From the NCBI GenBank assembly GCA_000004695.1, contig CM000151.3, positions 6,688,001 to 6,752,000 on the forward strand: a DNA stretch of 64,000 nt, in the 5' to 3' direction. This document shows positions 57,548 to 64,000 of the stretch, one piece after another (within the stretch, counting starts at the first letter, position 1; each line of letters begins with the position of its first letter). A program made the translations under genes and the position numbers. The notes beneath the pieces were generated by a model. It did no database searches. It saw nothing but the letters and a program-made list of their open reading frames with translations, and was not told the origin of the DNA. This DNA comes from Dictyostelium discoideum (Eukaryota).

Positions 57548-57578
<31 letters not shown>

Positions 57579-59564
57579 GATAAAGAAAGAAGTGAATTAA
57601 TAAAAGATATTGAAAATTTAATTGGAAATAATAGTTTAGATCAATCTACAATTTATGCAGTTTATCAACAATCTAATAAATCAATTGATCAAACCATTAA
57701 AACTATTAAAGAATTAACATTTGATCCAAATGAAGAACTTAAAAAGATTGAAGCTGAAATTGAAATGAGAAAGAAAGAAGAGGAAGCAATGCTTGAAGCA
57801 AAGAAACAAAAAGAAAAACAAGAACAATTGAAGCTTACTGAACAACAACGTATTGAACGTGAACAAAAACAACGTATGGAACGTGCTGAACGTGAACAAC
57901 AACAACGTCTTCGTGAAGAATATGAAAGAAGATTAAATATGGAACTTCAAAAGAAATTGGAAATCGAGAGACAAGAACAAGAATTGACCAGAAGAAAACA
58001 ATTGGAACTTGAACAAATTATGATCCTCAAGAAACAAGAAGAGGCAGGACTCCGTATTCTTCAAGAACAAAGAGAACATCAAGAAAAAGTTCGTCTTGCT
58101 AAAGAGAAAGAGGAGGAATTAAAAAAAAGAACTATGGAAGAAGAAGCAAGGAGATCGGCAATTCGTGCACAAGAAATTGCAAGAATGTCTAAACAACAAC
58201 AACTCGAAGAGGAAGCCAAACGTTTGGAACAACAAAAGAGACAAGAAGCAGAGTTTATACTTGCATTGGAAACCAAATCCAAAGAGGCCAACCTTATGCA
58301 ACAACAAGCCTTTTTCTTAAAACAAAAAGAACAAGAGAATCTCCAATTGATTGAAAAACAAAAGAAAGAGATCTATGAAAATCAAATTCAAATTGATATT
58401 TTGAAACTAAAAGAAATGGAATCTCAAAATCAAAGCAAATCAATGTTGGAGAAAGCTCAACAAGAAATTCAAGACCTCAAGAAGAGATTGGCTGATGGTG
58501 AAACCAAATTCAATCAAGAAACCGTAAAGAAAACCTCTGATGAAGAAGAGCTCAAAAAACAAATTCAAGAACTTGAGCAACAAAAAGATGTACTTCGCAA
58601 ACAAATTCAAGAACTTGAGGTTGTTCAAAAACCAAGATTGGAGCAATTGGAACAAGAATTGAAAAATAAAGAATTGGAACTTCATAACACCATCATCTCT
58701 AATCAAGTCTCTTTGGCTTCAAGTCTCGAAGAAAACTCCACCGATACCATTGTTGTTCATTGGAATTTGGAAAATAAATTTGAAGATGGTACTCCATATT
58801 GGATTGGTGTTTTCCCAACTCACCAACCAAAGAATGATCGTTATCTCTCCTTCAAACACATAGAAGGTAAAGAGGGTTTGGTTAGTTTCCCATCCATTAT
58901 TCCAGGTCATTATGAAGCTCGTCTCTTTAAGGATAAATATACTCTTATTCAAAAGTCTAGCTCCATTCAAGTTGGTCCATCCGTTACTTTATCAGCTCAT
59001 GTAATTGGTGATGAAATCTCTGTCACCTATAAAGTAAACTCTGAAACTGGTGCCAACACTAAAGATTGGATCGGTATTTATCATCCAATTCAACGTAATA
59101 AACATTACATTGAGTCATTGTATGCTTCAACCTCTGGTACCATCACTTTCAAATCACCAAGAATACCAGGTCTCTATGAGATTCGTTACTTTTTACATCC
59201 AACCAAATATAATGAACAAGCAAAGATCTCATTTGAAATCATTGATAACGATAAGATTCAAGTCCTTAGTGAAAGTCAATCTTGTCTTACCCTCTCACCA
59301 GATCAAGAGTTTAGAGTTGAATATGTTGTAAACACAACCGCTCCTTCCTCTTCCGATTGGGTTGGTATTTTCCCTGTTGATGAAATTAATAACAAACATT
59401 ACATTCATTCCAAATATACAACTTCCGCTGCATCTGGTGAATTAACCTTTAGAGCTCCACTTAAGACTGGTGATTATGAAGCAAGATTCTTTTCTTATGC
59501 AAAAGGAAAATATATTGCTCACAAGGTTTCAAATAAATTCTCTGTGTTTCCTCAATCAAATTAA
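57195..59564 (+). CDS. Coiled-coil protein with three tandem C-terminal SKICH domains and an N-terminal UBA/CUE-like helical segment; 789 aa, single exon.
   Basis: The N-terminus is DFDIEEKIASLILAFSHKREVILEVLKRNNYGIDASALELSE. It is followed by a poly-Gln tract and then ~330 aa of E/K/Q/L-rich heptad-like sequence. Three ~100-aa repeats follow, each with a SKICH-like core: YWIGVFPTHQPKNDRYLSF…GHYEARLF, DWIGIYHPIQRNKHYIESLY…GLYEIRYF and DWVGIFPVDEINNKHYIHSKY…GDYEARFF. Compare DWIGIFRVGW…EYYTF in NDP52/CALCOCO. Confidence 0.7.
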
Positions 59565-60142
59565 ATAAAATTTAATGTGTGTGTGTTTTAAATAAAATAA
59601 AAAAAAAAAATTAAAAAAATTAAAATTAAAATTTTAATATATTTATAAGTAAATTATTTTATTAACTATTTCTATTTATTATTTTTATTTTCATTTTTTT
59701 ATTTTCATTTTCTATTTTTATTTTATTTTTATTTTTATTTTTTTATTTTTATTTTTTTTTATTTTTATCTTTTTTATTTTTATCTTTTTTTTTTTTTTTT
59801 GAGAGGAATAATAAACTTAGATATAGGAGTTTTCTCCTAATTTCTTTTTCATTATTTTATTTATTTATTTTATTTTATTTTATTTTATTTTTAATGTTAA
59901 AAAAAAAACATGATTCAATTTTCAATCGCATCATCCTTATTAGTATAAATTTTAAGATTTTAAGTTATTAAAAAAAAAAAAAATATCTTAAAAAAAAAAA
60001 AAAAAAAAAAAAATTTAAAAAAAAAAAAGGAAAAAAAAAAAAAAATGAAAAAATTAAAAAAAAAAATCAAAAATTAAAAAAAAAAAAAAAAACAAACCCC
60101 ACACAAATTTTTTTTTAAAACACATCATTTAATAATAATAAT

Positions 60143-60212
<70 letters not shown>

Positions 60213-60231
60213 TAATAAATAATAAAAATAA

Positions 60232-60284
<53 letters not shown>

Positions 60285-60699
60285 GCATAATTTAAAAAAT
60301 AAAAATAAAATAATTAAAAAAAAAATTTCAAAGATCTTTAAATGTGTTTGAAAATTATATATTAATTAACTTTTTTTTTTTTTTTTTTTTTTCAAAATAT
60401 TTACTTATAAATATATATATTAATATATTATTTAGATTAGTATTTAAAAATACTAGTATAAGGAAATAACATAAACAGGTTTTTTGTTATTATTTTTTTT
60501 TATTTTTTATTTTTGTAAATAGTGATAATAATAATAATTAGTAATAAAAAAAAAAAAAATAAAAAAATAAGGAGATAAAAAAAAAAAAAAAAAATAATAA
60601 GGAGATAAAAAAATAAAAAAATAAGGAGATAAAAAAAAAAAAAATAAAAAAAAAAAAAAAAGTTAAAGAAATAGGGAAACACTAATTAAAAAAGTAATA

Positions 60700-60867
<168 letters not shown>

Positions 60868-60877
60868 GTTATTAAAA

Positions 60878-64000
<3,123 letters not shown>

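Noticed and set aside
60571-60640. Three direct copies of TAAGGAGATAAAAAAA (Shine-Dalgarno-like AGGAG)
   Set aside because: This is a eukaryotic nuclear locus, so ribosome-binding-site logic does not apply. It is too short and irregular to be a CRISPR-like array and is most simply AT-rich slippage repeats in the myosin upstream region.

Overview
This window is AT-rich nuclear DNA from a dictyostelid social amoeba, almost certainly Dictyostelium discoideum. The evidence is ~75-80% A+T with long homopolymer A/T tracts in intergenic DNA and pure (AAT)n/(CAA)n tracts encoding poly-Asn/poly-Gln inside genes. Introns are short (80-190 bp) and very AT-rich, with GTAAGT/GTATGT...AG boundaries. There are Dictyostelid-specific FNIP repeats and tRNA genes followed by external B boxes. 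I could support the following features:

Genes on the minus strand:
- N-terminal ~2,580 codons of cytoplasmic dynein heavy chain (3'-partial, 1 intron)
- a very large LRR-RasGEF
- a PH-like protein (2 exons)
- a class-1 dihydroorotate dehydrogenase, probably pyr4
- SEC11 signal peptidase (3 exons)

Genes on the plus strand:
- an MITD1 ortholog interrupted by an in-frame TAA
- a pseudokinase-FNIP-MATH protein (2 exons)
- a glutathione S-transferase
- an SMN-like protein lacking a Tudor domain (2 exons)
- a 5-exon secreted Cys-rich repeat protein
- the trifunctional CAD gene pyr1-3 (2 exons, 2225 aa)
- two tandem paralogous vWA (MIDAS) modules that may be one 2026-aa gene, the second module also carrying an F-box and a canonical VWA domain
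- a coiled-coil protein with three C-terminal SKICH domains
- the 5' part of a divergent myosin heavy chain (4 exons in window, 3'-partial)

Other features:
- two tRNA genes, tRNA-Gln(UUG) and tRNA-Arg(ACG), both on the minus strand, each followed by an ex-B box
- GC-richer blocks flanking both tRNAs that may be retrotransposon remnants
- many microsatellites
- a 4.2 kb gene-free AT desert

No CRISPR, rRNA or prokaryotic-type elements are present. The ORF track's 'M' starts are sometimes TTG/GTG (bacterial-table artefacts), so several listed ORFs are internal exons whose true first exons I reconstructed by splice-site reading.
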